Source: Synechococcus sp. (GTDB lineage Bacteria > Cyanobacteriota > Cyanobacteriia > PCC-6307 > Cyanobiaceae). Taken from it: a DNA stretch of 64,000 nucleotides. The stretch spans positions 1,105,170-1,169,169 of the forward strand of contig JBJBBS010000001.1 in assembly GCA_047286215.1 (NCBI GenBank). The letters are read 5' to 3'. The translations under genes were made by a program, and so were the position numbers. The notes below the pieces were generated by a model. The model saw only the letters and a list, made by a program, of their open reading frames with translations, was not told the DNA's origin and did no database searches. This document shows, in pieces, positions 34,156 through 42,795 of the stretch (positions within the stretch are counted from its first letter, which is position 1; every line of letters starts with the position of its first letter).

Positions 34156-34941
34156 TCAGCCTTGTGTTGAGGATGTTTGAAGTTGGTCTTGCAGCTGCTG
34201 TTGCTGTAGCGCCAGCACGTCATCGTTCAGCAAACAGTCGTCAATCGTTGCTTGGATTCCCGCAGGATCCAGTGCCTTTCCTTGGACGACGAGGGCAGAG
34301 GTGCGATCTGGTCGTCCACTGGGAGGAGCCACATTGTTCAAAGGCAAAAACTGTGACTCCTGCTGACTGACCATCCAGTTACAGAAAAACGAACGACCAT
34401 CGGGGAGATTCATCAAGGCTTTGGCGCGGTACACATCGCCGAAGGCCCCGTTAACGAGTTCGAACCAGAAACTGCTGAGGCTGTTGGGATCCCAGACGCA
34501 GCTCTGAAGGCTGATCGTCCAAGCCTCAAGCTTGTTGAACTCCAGTGTGTCGTGGGCCGGCAAAACCGAATCCCGACCAAAGTGCAAGGTCTGATTCGGT
34601 TGCAGATCGAGCGCCTCTAGTCGCTCGCGGATGCTGTTTCCGTAGCCATCGATGCCCTTGGTTTTTGGAACGCGAAACTGTTGAACTTCAATCAGGGTGA
34701 GTGGGGATGCATCCAGCGCCTCGTCTCTTGAAGCAGATGCCTCCAGCGCGATGAGTTGAGGGATTTGATCCTTGAGTCGCGCCTGATCGATACCGCCATC
34801 CTCACCCTGTTCCAGCCCCTCAGGCCGATCTCCATCCAATCGCAGGAAGGCACAAGCACCGCCGTGTTGTTTGAGGGTTTCAAGCACCCAGGTGGTTTTG
34901 CCGCATCCGGGAGGCCCTGAGACCAGGCACACCTGACCCAT
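34156..34941 (-). CDS. COG0523/CobW-like P-loop protein with CobW_C domain
   Basis: Walker A GPPGCGKTT; C-terminal 'GDVYRAKAL...LVVQGKALD'. Confidence 0.7.
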   Translation of the reverse strand: MGQVCLVSGPPGCGKTTWVLETLKQHGGACAFLRLDGDRPEGLEQGEDGGIDQARLKDQIPQLIALEASASRDEALDASPLTLIEVQQFRVPKTKGIDGYGNSIRERLEALDLQPNQTLHFGRDSVLPAHDTLEFNKLEAWTISLQSCVWDPNSLSSFWFELVNGAFGDVYRAKALMNLPDGRSFFCNWMVSQQESQFLPLNNVAPPSGRPDRTSALVVQGKALDPAGIQATIDDCLLNDDVLALQQQQLQDQLQTSSTQG

Positions 34942-34962
34942 GGAACAACCTTCCTCTTGAAG

Positions 34963-34977
34963 TGGGAACCATTCTCA
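34963..34977. promoter_or_regulatory. Zur-like box
   Basis: TGGGAACCATTCTCA, 22 bp upstream of the COG0523-like start. Confidence 0.6.
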
Positions 34978-35091
34978 TCATGGCCTGCTGGACGTGTCGC
35001 CGTCCACCGCTGCTTTGATCGGCTCTAGCAGCATTAGGCACAGGCCAGGCTTGAAACCCTCGCTAGGGTCACAAGACATATCGGGTTTTCT

Positions 35092-35364
35092 TTGATGCAG
35101 GCAATGGAATTCCTTGCTCTTGTGCTGGTGAACCTTGCTCTGTTGATTTACGTCTCGGAGAAGGCGGCTGGATGGTGGAAGGAACGCCGCCGCTTAGACC
35201 GGTTGGTGAATGATCATCCTGAGATGAAGGGCATTCATCCTGATGAGGAAAGCCTGTTTGTATTCGAAAGCGATGATTCCTTAAAGGCTTTGGTGCTGGG
35301 CAACGATGAGCCAGGCTCCAGTGAACCCTTCTATGTGTCTGACGATGAGTTAGATCAGGAATAA
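35092..35364 (+). CDS. Hypothetical single-TM acidic protein
   Basis: N-terminal TM, acidic tail. Confidence 0.55.
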   Translation: MMQAMEFLALVLVNLALLIYVSEKAAGWWKERRRLDRLVNDHPEMKGIHPDEESLFVFESDDSLKALVLGNDEPGSSEPFYVSDDELDQE

Positions 35365-35736
35365 AATCTAGCTTTTTTGCTTGGGGCCTGCATGGCTCAT
35401 ATTAGTCATGAGCATCACCCACACGCCTCAAAGATTTTTACTGTTTCTTTGTTCTTTTTGTTTTATTCATGGTCTGTAAAAGTATGAGTGAGGTTCAGGG
35501 ATTATAGTTATTTTTTTGTCTTTCAGGGCTCTGTTGCTTTCCGGCTCTTGTTGATGCCTGATTGTCTGCCGGGGGAAGAGAAAGAATGTTGTGAGCCTGA
35601 GTGGTTTGAAGCGCAAAGAACTGAGCTTGAAATTTTGTTGCTTCTTGAGTTGAGAGTTGTTGCCGCTTTAATATTCTTCCTTGAATTTTGTATCCATTGA
35701 TATTTTTATTTGAATTTTTTTCCTTGATTAATTTGA

Positions 35737-36294
35737 TTGGCAGATAGTGGATCCTTCCTGGTTTGCGCTGGATCGATGAGCATGGTGTCGGGTGACGAGG
35801 GTGAATTGCCGCTGCAGAGGTCGGCTGAAGTGCCTAAGCCGCCTGAGCCGCAATTGAAAGCAGTTGTTGATCCGGTAGACACTGTTGAGCCCGTGATTGC
35901 ATCCGCTCCTGAGGCTGGTGCTCTTCTTGCTGAAGGGACGGCGGAATTGCAGGAGGCCATGGATGAGGCGTCTGTTGCGCAGTTTCTGCAGAAACTCAAT
36001 CAAGGGTTTGTGGCTTTGAAGGATCTGAATCTTGAGGGCTTCAGGCAGGTTTACCCTGTCTTCTTGATTTTATTTGGATCCGTTGTTGTTGGTATTGCGC
36101 TCTCTCTTGTCTCTGGCGTCTTGGATTCGATCAATCATCTTCCCTTGATTGGGGGCTTTGTGCAGGGAGTGTCGGAATTGATCGGCCTTGTGGTTATGCT
36201 GCAATTCATTGCTGAGAATCTTTTGAAGCAGCAGAAGCGAGCCGACCTTTTTGCGCGTATTGTTGTGTTGAAGAAAGATTTGTTGGGCGAATAA
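35737..36294 (+). CDS. CAAD (CURT1-like) domain protein
   Basis: Acidic N-terminus, two TMs, 'LDSINHLPLIGG..ELIGL', 'LLKQQKRADL'. Confidence 0.8.
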   Translation: MADSGSFLVCAGSMSMVSGDEGELPLQRSAEVPKPPEPQLKAVVDPVDTVEPVIASAPEAGALLAEGTAELQEAMDEASVAQFLQKLNQGFVALKDLNLEGFRQVYPVFLILFGSVVVGIALSLVSGVLDSINHLPLIGGFVQGVSELIGLVVMLQFIAENLLKQQKRADLFARIVVLKKDLLGE

Positions 36295-36493
36295 ACCTTG
36301 AGTTGTTTGGGGTCGAGGTGCTGGATTAAAGTTATTTGATCTCGGTATTGTGTCGTTTTATTTGCTGATGTATTTCTCGCTATAGTTAAAGTTGCAAAGT
36401 GTGTTTCTTGACAGGTTTTGCGGCGAGGATGATTTCAGTTGGTCAACGCATCGTTTGTCGGATCATGCGTTGATCCTTGAAATGATTGGTCGT

Positions 36494-38215
36494 TCAGTTG
36501 TCAATCGTTCCCCCAGGTAAGGATGCATTGGGTGTCGTCGTCTGATGCATGATTTCAATCACCTCTTCGGATAGTGGCTGACTTTCTTCAGCAGGAATCA
36601 GCACTTCGAGGTATGCAGCTCCTTGATGCGCATTGATCGCTGCCAGTGATTGTTCCAGTTCAGCAACGGTTGCAGCTTTGCCGCACCACCATCCCTGGCA
36701 TCCCAGTGCTGTAGGAATGTTTGCGTATCGCCATGGTGGTAACTCGTTGTAGGCATGACCTGTCTCACTGATCAATGCCTCCACCCCGTAGAGCCCATTG
36801 TTGAGCACGATCACCACAGGCTTGATCTGCGTGAAGCCCATCACACCGATCTCCTGCACTGTGAGTTGGTGTGCTCCATCACCGGTGACCAACACCACCC
36901 GTCGCTCTGGCTCTGCCAGCGCGCATCCCAATGCCGCCGGGGTGCCCCATCCAATTGATGACCAGAGGGTTTGGCTTTCCATGGCAACGCCGGACGGTAG
37001 ACGGATTGCGTTGAGTTTCAGCAGACATGTTCCGGTATCCGACACCAATACGTCGTTGGGTCGAAGGAAGTTCTGCAAGCGGGGGTAGAAGTTTGCTGAA
37101 TCAGTGGGTTGCTGTTCCTCTCCCTGCAGTGGAAGGATTGGATCGGGTTGGACGGGGCGATCAACCCCCCAGCTGGATGGCCGTTTCGATGATTTCTCGA
37201 GTCGCTTGGTGATTCCTTCCAGCACGTCACTGATGCTGACGCTTGTGAACACCTGATCACTGGCTTGGACCCAGTCGGCATGCAAGGCCACGACCCGCTT
37301 GGGATCGAGTGATCCACTCCATAGCCCTGTGTTTAGATCCTCAAGCACCAACCCGCCGAAGTCGATTACCAAATCGGCGTCTTCCACCACGCTGCGCAGA
37401 GCTGCAGGTGTTGACCTGCCGCCGTTATACATCCCAAGGAAAGCAGGGTGCTCTTCGCTAAGCAGTCCCTTGTCCATCGGAGTCGTGGCGTAGGCCAGTC
37501 CTGAGGCTTTGAGAAATCGCTCGAAGGCCTTCATCAGTCCGAAGCGCTTCAAGGTGATGGTTGGCAGCACGACCGGCCTGGATGCACTAGCGATTCGAGT
37601 TTCGAGAAGATCCAGCACTGCGTCGAGCTCTTCAACAACACTGGCGTGTTGATCAATCGCCCCAAGGGGTAAGCCTTGGATCGGTGTGCCGGTGATCGGC
37701 ATGAGAGCCAGATCCATCGGAAAGGTGAGATAAGCCGGTCTGGATTCCTCCAGTGCCTTGTCAATCACCCGCTCCAATTCGACGACGGCATTTTCGGGGG
37801 TGAGCCTGGCGCTGACGCAACTGGCGGAGGCGGAGATGGCTTCGAAGCGGTCATAGGTCCGATCGCCGAGTGTGTGGTGACAGATCAGCCCTTGGCGAAC
37901 AATCCTCAGGCTTGGCGTTCCCACCAGATGAAACACGGGTAGACGCTCAGCCATTGCTCCCATCAGGCCATTCAGCGCACTCAGTTCGCCGACCCCATAG
38001 GTGGTACAGACAATGGCAGCACCTCTGCGGCGGGCGTAACCATCAGCGGCGTAAGCCGCGTTCAATTCATTTGCTGAGGGCACCCAGCTCAACCGGGAAT
38101 GCACTTCCACTGCATCGTTGATGGGAAAGGAGTAGTCGCCTGGCACTCCAAACACGTGCCCGATGCCTAGGTCGGCGAGACGATCCAAGGCATAAGCCAC
38201 CACAGAAGGCGTCAT
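36494..38215 (-). CDS. TPP-dependent alpha-keto-acid decarboxylase (IpdC/Pdc/KdcA family)
   Basis: 'FGVPGDY', 'NELNAAYAADGYAR', 'TYGVGELSA', 'HHTLG', 'GDGAHQLTVQE', 'LNNGLYGVE'. Confidence 0.92.
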   Translation of the reverse strand: MTPSVVAYALDRLADLGIGHVFGVPGDYSFPINDAVEVHSRLSWVPSANELNAAYAADGYARRRGAAIVCTTYGVGELSALNGLMGAMAERLPVFHLVGTPSLRIVRQGLICHHTLGDRTYDRFEAISASASCVSARLTPENAVVELERVIDKALEESRPAYLTFPMDLALMPITGTPIQGLPLGAIDQHASVVEELDAVLDLLETRIASASRPVVLPTITLKRFGLMKAFERFLKASGLAYATTPMDKGLLSEEHPAFLGMYNGGRSTPAALRSVVEDADLVIDFGGLVLEDLNTGLWSGSLDPKRVVALHADWVQASDQVFTSVSISDVLEGITKRLEKSSKRPSSWGVDRPVQPDPILPLQGEEQQPTDSANFYPRLQNFLRPNDVLVSDTGTCLLKLNAIRLPSGVAMESQTLWSSIGWGTPAALGCALAEPERRVVLVTGDGAHQLTVQEIGVMGFTQIKPVVIVLNNGLYGVEALISETGHAYNELPPWRYANIPTALGCQGWWCGKAATVAELEQSLAAINAHQGAAYLEVLIPAEESQPLSEEVIEIMHQTTTPNASLPGGTIDN

Positions 38216-38499
38216 CAGGCATTACGAACAACCATTTGCTGAGTCTGCCGGTTGCAGTCTCATACAGCTATCAATCAGAGTTTTGTTCAGTCACGAGACG
38301 CACTGTTCAAGCCGATGGGCTGACGTTTTTGAGAGCAGGCTCAGTCTGTTGTTAGGAACTGTCTGCAAGGTTGTCACCTCCCATCAAGGTTGTGATCTGT
38401 CTCGAATAATGTCGAGGATGGCCCAATCGATGGCCCACAGCTTGGCTTCACCGGGGCGCGGACGCGTTTTGATCTGAGTGGTGGTATTGGCTTGAGCAC

Positions 38500-38740
38500 A
38501 GTCAAGAGAAACTCAAAGCGTTCTTGGGAAGCCATTCAGTCAGACCCAGCACTTCAACAAAAGCTTTAAGGCGCCCCTGACCTTGATGCCGTTGCTGAGA
38601 TAGCTAGTGGAGCAGGCTTTGCGATTTCAACTGAGGAGCTACAGAACTCGCAAGCTGAGCTTTCGGAAGATGAGTTGCTTGCAGGCGCGGCAGGTTGATT
38701 GTGCGGTGCTTTCCGCTACGAGTTGGGCTTGTGTGGCTAA
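38500..38740 (+). pseudogene. Nif11-leader RiPP precursor (ProcA-like) pseudogene
   Basis: QEKLKAFL/(+1)EAIQSDPALQQKL*GAPDLDAVAEIASGAGFAISTEELQNSQAELSEDELLAGAAG*LCGAFRYELGLCG*; frameshift near 38527, TAA 38567-38569, TGA 38696-38698. Confidence 0.8.
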
Positions 38741-38775
38741 GGGTTGATTGGCAGCCTCTTACAAGTCCTCTGGCT

Positions 38776-39678
38776 TTATTTGGAGGAACTTGTTGCTTTC
38801 TCTACTAGCTTTTTGAGTTGTTCGCAAATTAATATGGGACGGTCAATTTGTATGAAGTGACCGCTTTGTACCTTGAATATAAGACTGCTCGGGTTCTGAT
38901 TTAGCCATTGCTTTTGCAGTGAATACCAGTCTCCTTTGATGGGAGCATTCTTGTTCATGTCTGAGGAAGAAACGATTGTGATTGGAAATCTGCTGCTCAT
39001 TTGAGGGAGTGCCATGACTTCCTCTTTGGTTTTATTGAATCCCAGTTGTTGGTAGATTGAATCGGCTGTTATTGCATTGCTTTCGTTTTGAGTCGTGTGG
39101 TTGTAAGATTGATATGCTTCCTTGCTTGAAATATCGCCCATTTTTGCAAGATTGATTCTAAATTTTTCGAGGAATTGATTTGTATACTGATAGTCACTTG
39201 GTACGGGGTCGACCATTAGCATTCCAGCAATTAAGTAAGGGTATTTGCGGGCAAAATATCCTGCATAAAGCCCGCCATAAGAGTGTGAAACAATAATATA
39301 TGGCGACTGTATCTTGTTTCTTTTTAAGAGCCTTATTAGTTTCGAATTGACGTGTTGCGCTGTTATAGGGCTTGTCAAAGAGATGCTGTAATCTGGCGAG
39401 CTTTGACCAAGGCCACTTCTGTCGTACATAAATGCACTGCCCTGTTGGGTTAGGCACTTGAAGAAGGCTTTGCTATGAGTCCATTCTTTTAGGGATGCTC
39501 CCGCCCCGTTTTGAAATATGATGGTTCCTCTGAACTTTGATTTTTTGTTTGGGTGGTATTCGGAATATAAAATGGATTCGTCTATTTGTGTGAAATTGGC
39601 TTGGGCATAGGCCTGTCTTGGAGCGCAGAACGAAGAGAGAATCATCAATTTTATTAGTGTATTTTGCATGTCTTGCAT
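38776..39678 (-). CDS. Alpha/beta hydrolase, exported, AT-rich gene
   Basis: 'YDRSGLGQS', 'VSHSYGG' nucleophile elbow, 'SGHFIQ'. Confidence 0.88.
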   Translation of the reverse strand: MQDMQNTLIKLMILSSFCAPRQAYAQANFTQIDESILYSEYHPNKKSKFRGTIIFQNGAGASLKEWTHSKAFFKCLTQQGSAFMYDRSGLGQSSPDYSISLTSPITAQHVNSKLIRLLKRNKIQSPYIIVSHSYGGLYAGYFARKYPYLIAGMLMVDPVPSDYQYTNQFLEKFRINLAKMGDISSKEAYQSYNHTTQNESNAITADSIYQQLGFNKTKEEVMALPQMSSRFPITIVSSSDMNKNAPIKGDWYSLQKQWLNQNPSSLIFKVQSGHFIQIDRPILICEQLKKLVEKATSSSK

Positions 39679-39790
39679 TCTTCTTTTCGTGTTTACTTTG
39701 TTTTGACTTCAAGGTCAATCCGGGGCTGGACCACGTGGCTCTTGCCGAATCATCATTCCTCGGTGATTCCTTGTTGCTCCTTTCTCCTTG

Positions 39791-40846
39791 CTACTGCTTC
39801 TGAACCTCTACCTTCATTGACGCTGCGGGAGCTGGCACGTAAGCACGCAGGATCCCATAGAAGTCTTTGCCGGTGGGGATCCCGTTTTTCCCATCCCCAT
39901 TTGGACTGAGTGTGATCGTTGTGGTGCCGTCTTCGTTTGGTTCTGAGGAGAATGTGGTCCGGTCGTAAATATTCAGATCGTTCGGGATTAGCAGTTTGTT
40001 ATCTGTTCCATAGAGAGTGACTGAGAAGTAGCCGCCTGGTTTGTAAAGGCCAGCAGGGACAGTCACGATGTATGTCGCATCACCGCGTAGTGGTGCGCCA
40101 GTGTTGTCGACCATGATCGTGCCGTAACGGACAGTGTCTGAAGGCGTTCCAAGCTGACCCAGCTTCACACCGGCTGCCAGGTCAAGGAAGCTGACGTCTC
40201 CGCTGACCCGACCGAAGGCATCATCGGGATTGATGTAGGTGATCACCGTGTCGATGACGGCCTGGGCGTTCTTTTCCGTCTCTGAGGTGAACTTTTGGAC
40301 GTCGCGCTGCATATCTCCCTTGCCGCCCTGCATCCGGAATTGCCTTCGGGACGCGACGACTTCGTCCAGGTTGCCGACGACCACCATTCTGGTCAGCACA
40401 AGACCCTGATCCGTTTCAAGATCGACCACCTCAAAGTCGCCTTCGGGGATTGTTTGGCCTGGTCGCTTGAGAAGAATTGGCTTTGTCGGGTTGGTGATGA
40501 CAGCCGGCACGTTGTGCTTCATGTCGAAGATCGACACCGACAGGAACTTGTCGTATTTGGGCGTTGTCAAGATCGCCGGGCCGTCGGAGATCGAAAACCA
40601 GTTGTAGCCATAGTCCACCGTGGCTTGCGGTGTGACCACCGTTGTGTCACTTGGGTCTACCAAACCGGTGAATTGAAAAGTGCCCTTCTCGTGCTTCCCC
40701 AGCCAAGTGTTCATCATCTTGACCTGTTCTTGATTCGGGTATTCCCTCAAGTAAGACTCGACAGTTTCCTGCGCATGAGCCATCGGACTCAGTGCGATAA
40801 GAGGTAGCAAGCAGAACAGACGGCGAAGGCGGTGCGACATGAACAA
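39791..40846 (-). CDS. DUF1254/DUF1214-type exported protein
   Basis: Signal peptide, 'VVTPQATVDYGYNW', 'YFSVTLY', 'ILRAYVP'. Confidence 0.75.
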   Translation of the reverse strand: MFMSHRLRRLFCLLPLIALSPMAHAQETVESYLREYPNQEQVKMMNTWLGKHEKGTFQFTGLVDPSDTTVVTPQATVDYGYNWFSISDGPAILTTPKYDKFLSVSIFDMKHNVPAVITNPTKPILLKRPGQTIPEGDFEVVDLETDQGLVLTRMVVVGNLDEVVASRRQFRMQGGKGDMQRDVQKFTSETEKNAQAVIDTVITYINPDDAFGRVSGDVSFLDLAAGVKLGQLGTPSDTVRYGTIMVDNTGAPLRGDATYIVTVPAGLYKPGGYFSVTLYGTDNKLLIPNDLNIYDRTTFSSEPNEDGTTTITLSPNGDGKNGIPTGKDFYGILRAYVPAPAASMKVEVQKQ

Positions 40847-41213
40847 CGTTTCGTTCCCATCACAAACTATCGACTTCTCGAACGCTCATCTAGCTCACGA
40901 CCGACATGGCACCGTCTCTGGGCAGAATTGTGGGAGTCTGAGCTGAGTGGTTACAAACGGCACCCAACCTGCTGATTAGCACTGGCCCTGGTGGTCGCTG
41001 ATGTGAATTCGCTCCAGTTGCATCAACAGGTGTGAGGGGCCCCCTTGGCGAATTCCAAGTAGCCATTGCTGGTATCTGCTGAATCCAAGGCCTGCAGCAT
41101 CGCGATTTGCAGAGAGCCAAACGGATTGGTCGGTGCATCCCGATGAGGGGTATTCCAGGTGGCACCAGGGTGCTTGTCGTCGACTTGGCAAAAGAGCCCC
41201 CAGGTCTTAACAA

Positions 41214-42503
41214 TCAGCGTGCTGAGAAACGACGGATTGAGAAGAGGTCAGCTGTGCGCTGCTCAGTTTCGGACATGTCTCGATACCCCAAGAGTGGAGC
41301 TGCGAGGGCAGCTGCTGCAGAGAGTGATGCCTGCCCCCAGGCATTGCATCCAACCATGTAACAAATGCAGCTTTTGGGCTCTGTTTTGCCAATCAGGGGC
41401 ATGAAATCAGGGGTTTCTGAATAAATGCCATAGGTCGCTGGATAGTCAGCGCCAAATTCCAGGTAAGGGTATTTGGTCCAACCCCATTGAGCCAGACGCC
41501 CGCACCGTTGTTTTGCGCGGGGGCTCTTGAGACCGCTGTAGTGATCTTCGCCACTGATACGAACGAAGTTGTTTTCAACGCACCAATCGTGAGTAAAGCC
41601 AAGTGTGAAAAAGTTGGCAGAATCTGGTGCATCCATCCCACCCAATGGTCCGGGATCGATGTGAGGTAATGCGGCTAGATAACTGTAGCGAGGTGTGAGG
41701 ATGCCTGCGAGAGTTTTGTCCATGAACATTCCACCAGTGGCAACGATCACTTGTTTTGCTTCAATGCGTTCACCATCGTGAAGTTCAATGATTGCGTGGG
41801 ATCCCGAGTCATCATTTTGTATGTCAACAACAGGTGAGCATTGATCCCTTAGTGTGAGTGAACCGGTTTTTAATGCAGCATCTAATAGGGATTTTGCAAA
41901 GGTAACAGAATCAATTCGTGCATCCTGTGGAAACCAGATTCCAGCTACATAGTTGGCGGAAGATCCATGGGCCGCGACAACGCGTTCTTCGCCCCACCAT
42001 TCACACGTACAATCAAGTTTCTGCAGAAAATCGAACTCCTGCCGAAGACGCTCAGAACGATCTGCTTCGCATATCATTAATGATCCATTTTGTTTGACTT
42101 GTTGTTCTGGATTTGGCAATAACTTACTGGCTAGATCTAGTTCCAGTTCCAGGCCGTGCTGAGCAAGATCAAGGTAGGTCTTAACACCGTCCCAACCAAA
42201 CAAGTCGGCAATACCATCCAACATTTCGTAGGGCGGCAGCGTGACAATCATCTTGATTGTCCTCGGCCCATTCTGCCCTCCCTCGAAAACCCTCGTCCCG
42301 CTGTAATGCGGAACAAAGGTTTCTTCGTCTGGCTGTGTTAGTGGTGTGCCATTGGTTACTTTTCTTGCTTGTGTTCGGCCTACCCCAGGCGTGCCCATTT
42401 CAAGGCAAAGGATGTTGCTGACTCCGGCTTGGGTTAGGTGGTATGCCGCTGCAGCACCGGTGGTTCCAGCACCCACAACAACGACGTCGTAACGGTGGCT
42501 CAT
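41214..42503 (-). CDS. FAD-dependent oxidoreductase (DAO/PuuB-like)
   Basis: GxGxxG 'VVVGAGTTG', 'VIVATGG', 'YSETPDFMPLIG'. Confidence 0.85.
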   Translation of the reverse strand: MSHRYDVVVVGAGTTGAAAAYHLTQAGVSNILCLEMGTPGVGRTQARKVTNGTPLTQPDEETFVPHYSGTRVFEGGQNGPRTIKMIVTLPPYEMLDGIADLFGWDGVKTYLDLAQHGLELELDLASKLLPNPEQQVKQNGSLMICEADRSERLRQEFDFLQKLDCTCEWWGEERVVAAHGSSANYVAGIWFPQDARIDSVTFAKSLLDAALKTGSLTLRDQCSPVVDIQNDDSGSHAIIELHDGERIEAKQVIVATGGMFMDKTLAGILTPRYSYLAALPHIDPGPLGGMDAPDSANFFTLGFTHDWCVENNFVRISGEDHYSGLKSPRAKQRCGRLAQWGWTKYPYLEFGADYPATYGIYSETPDFMPLIGKTEPKSCICYMVGCNAWGQASLSAAAALAAPLLGYRDMSETEQRTADLFSIRRFSAR

Positions 42504-42795
42504 TGTTTAGGGTTAGTTTTTCAACTTCTTAGCAATGTCATTGATAGTCGCACAAAGATTTAGATTTGCTTTCTTTTTGCGTTGCTCTTTGCTGACATCG
42601 TCTGCGGTAAATCTCACTTTGTAAAAATCTTGTATTCGGTATGTCTACCTGCTGATTCCTGTTCTTGATGCTCGGCGATTGCAGATTCAGTTCTTGGGAT
42701 TTTAGGCAACTTAGGCTTGAGATCCGGATTTCACTTTTTGAGCTTCGTTGTCCAGTATTGACGAGCAGAACTTGCTCCAAACGCTATCTAAGCTT

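Noticed and set aside
35364-35737. AT-rich stretch with 70-97-aa ORFs
   Set aside because: Phe/Leu-biased products of T-rich intergenic DNA; no support for coding.
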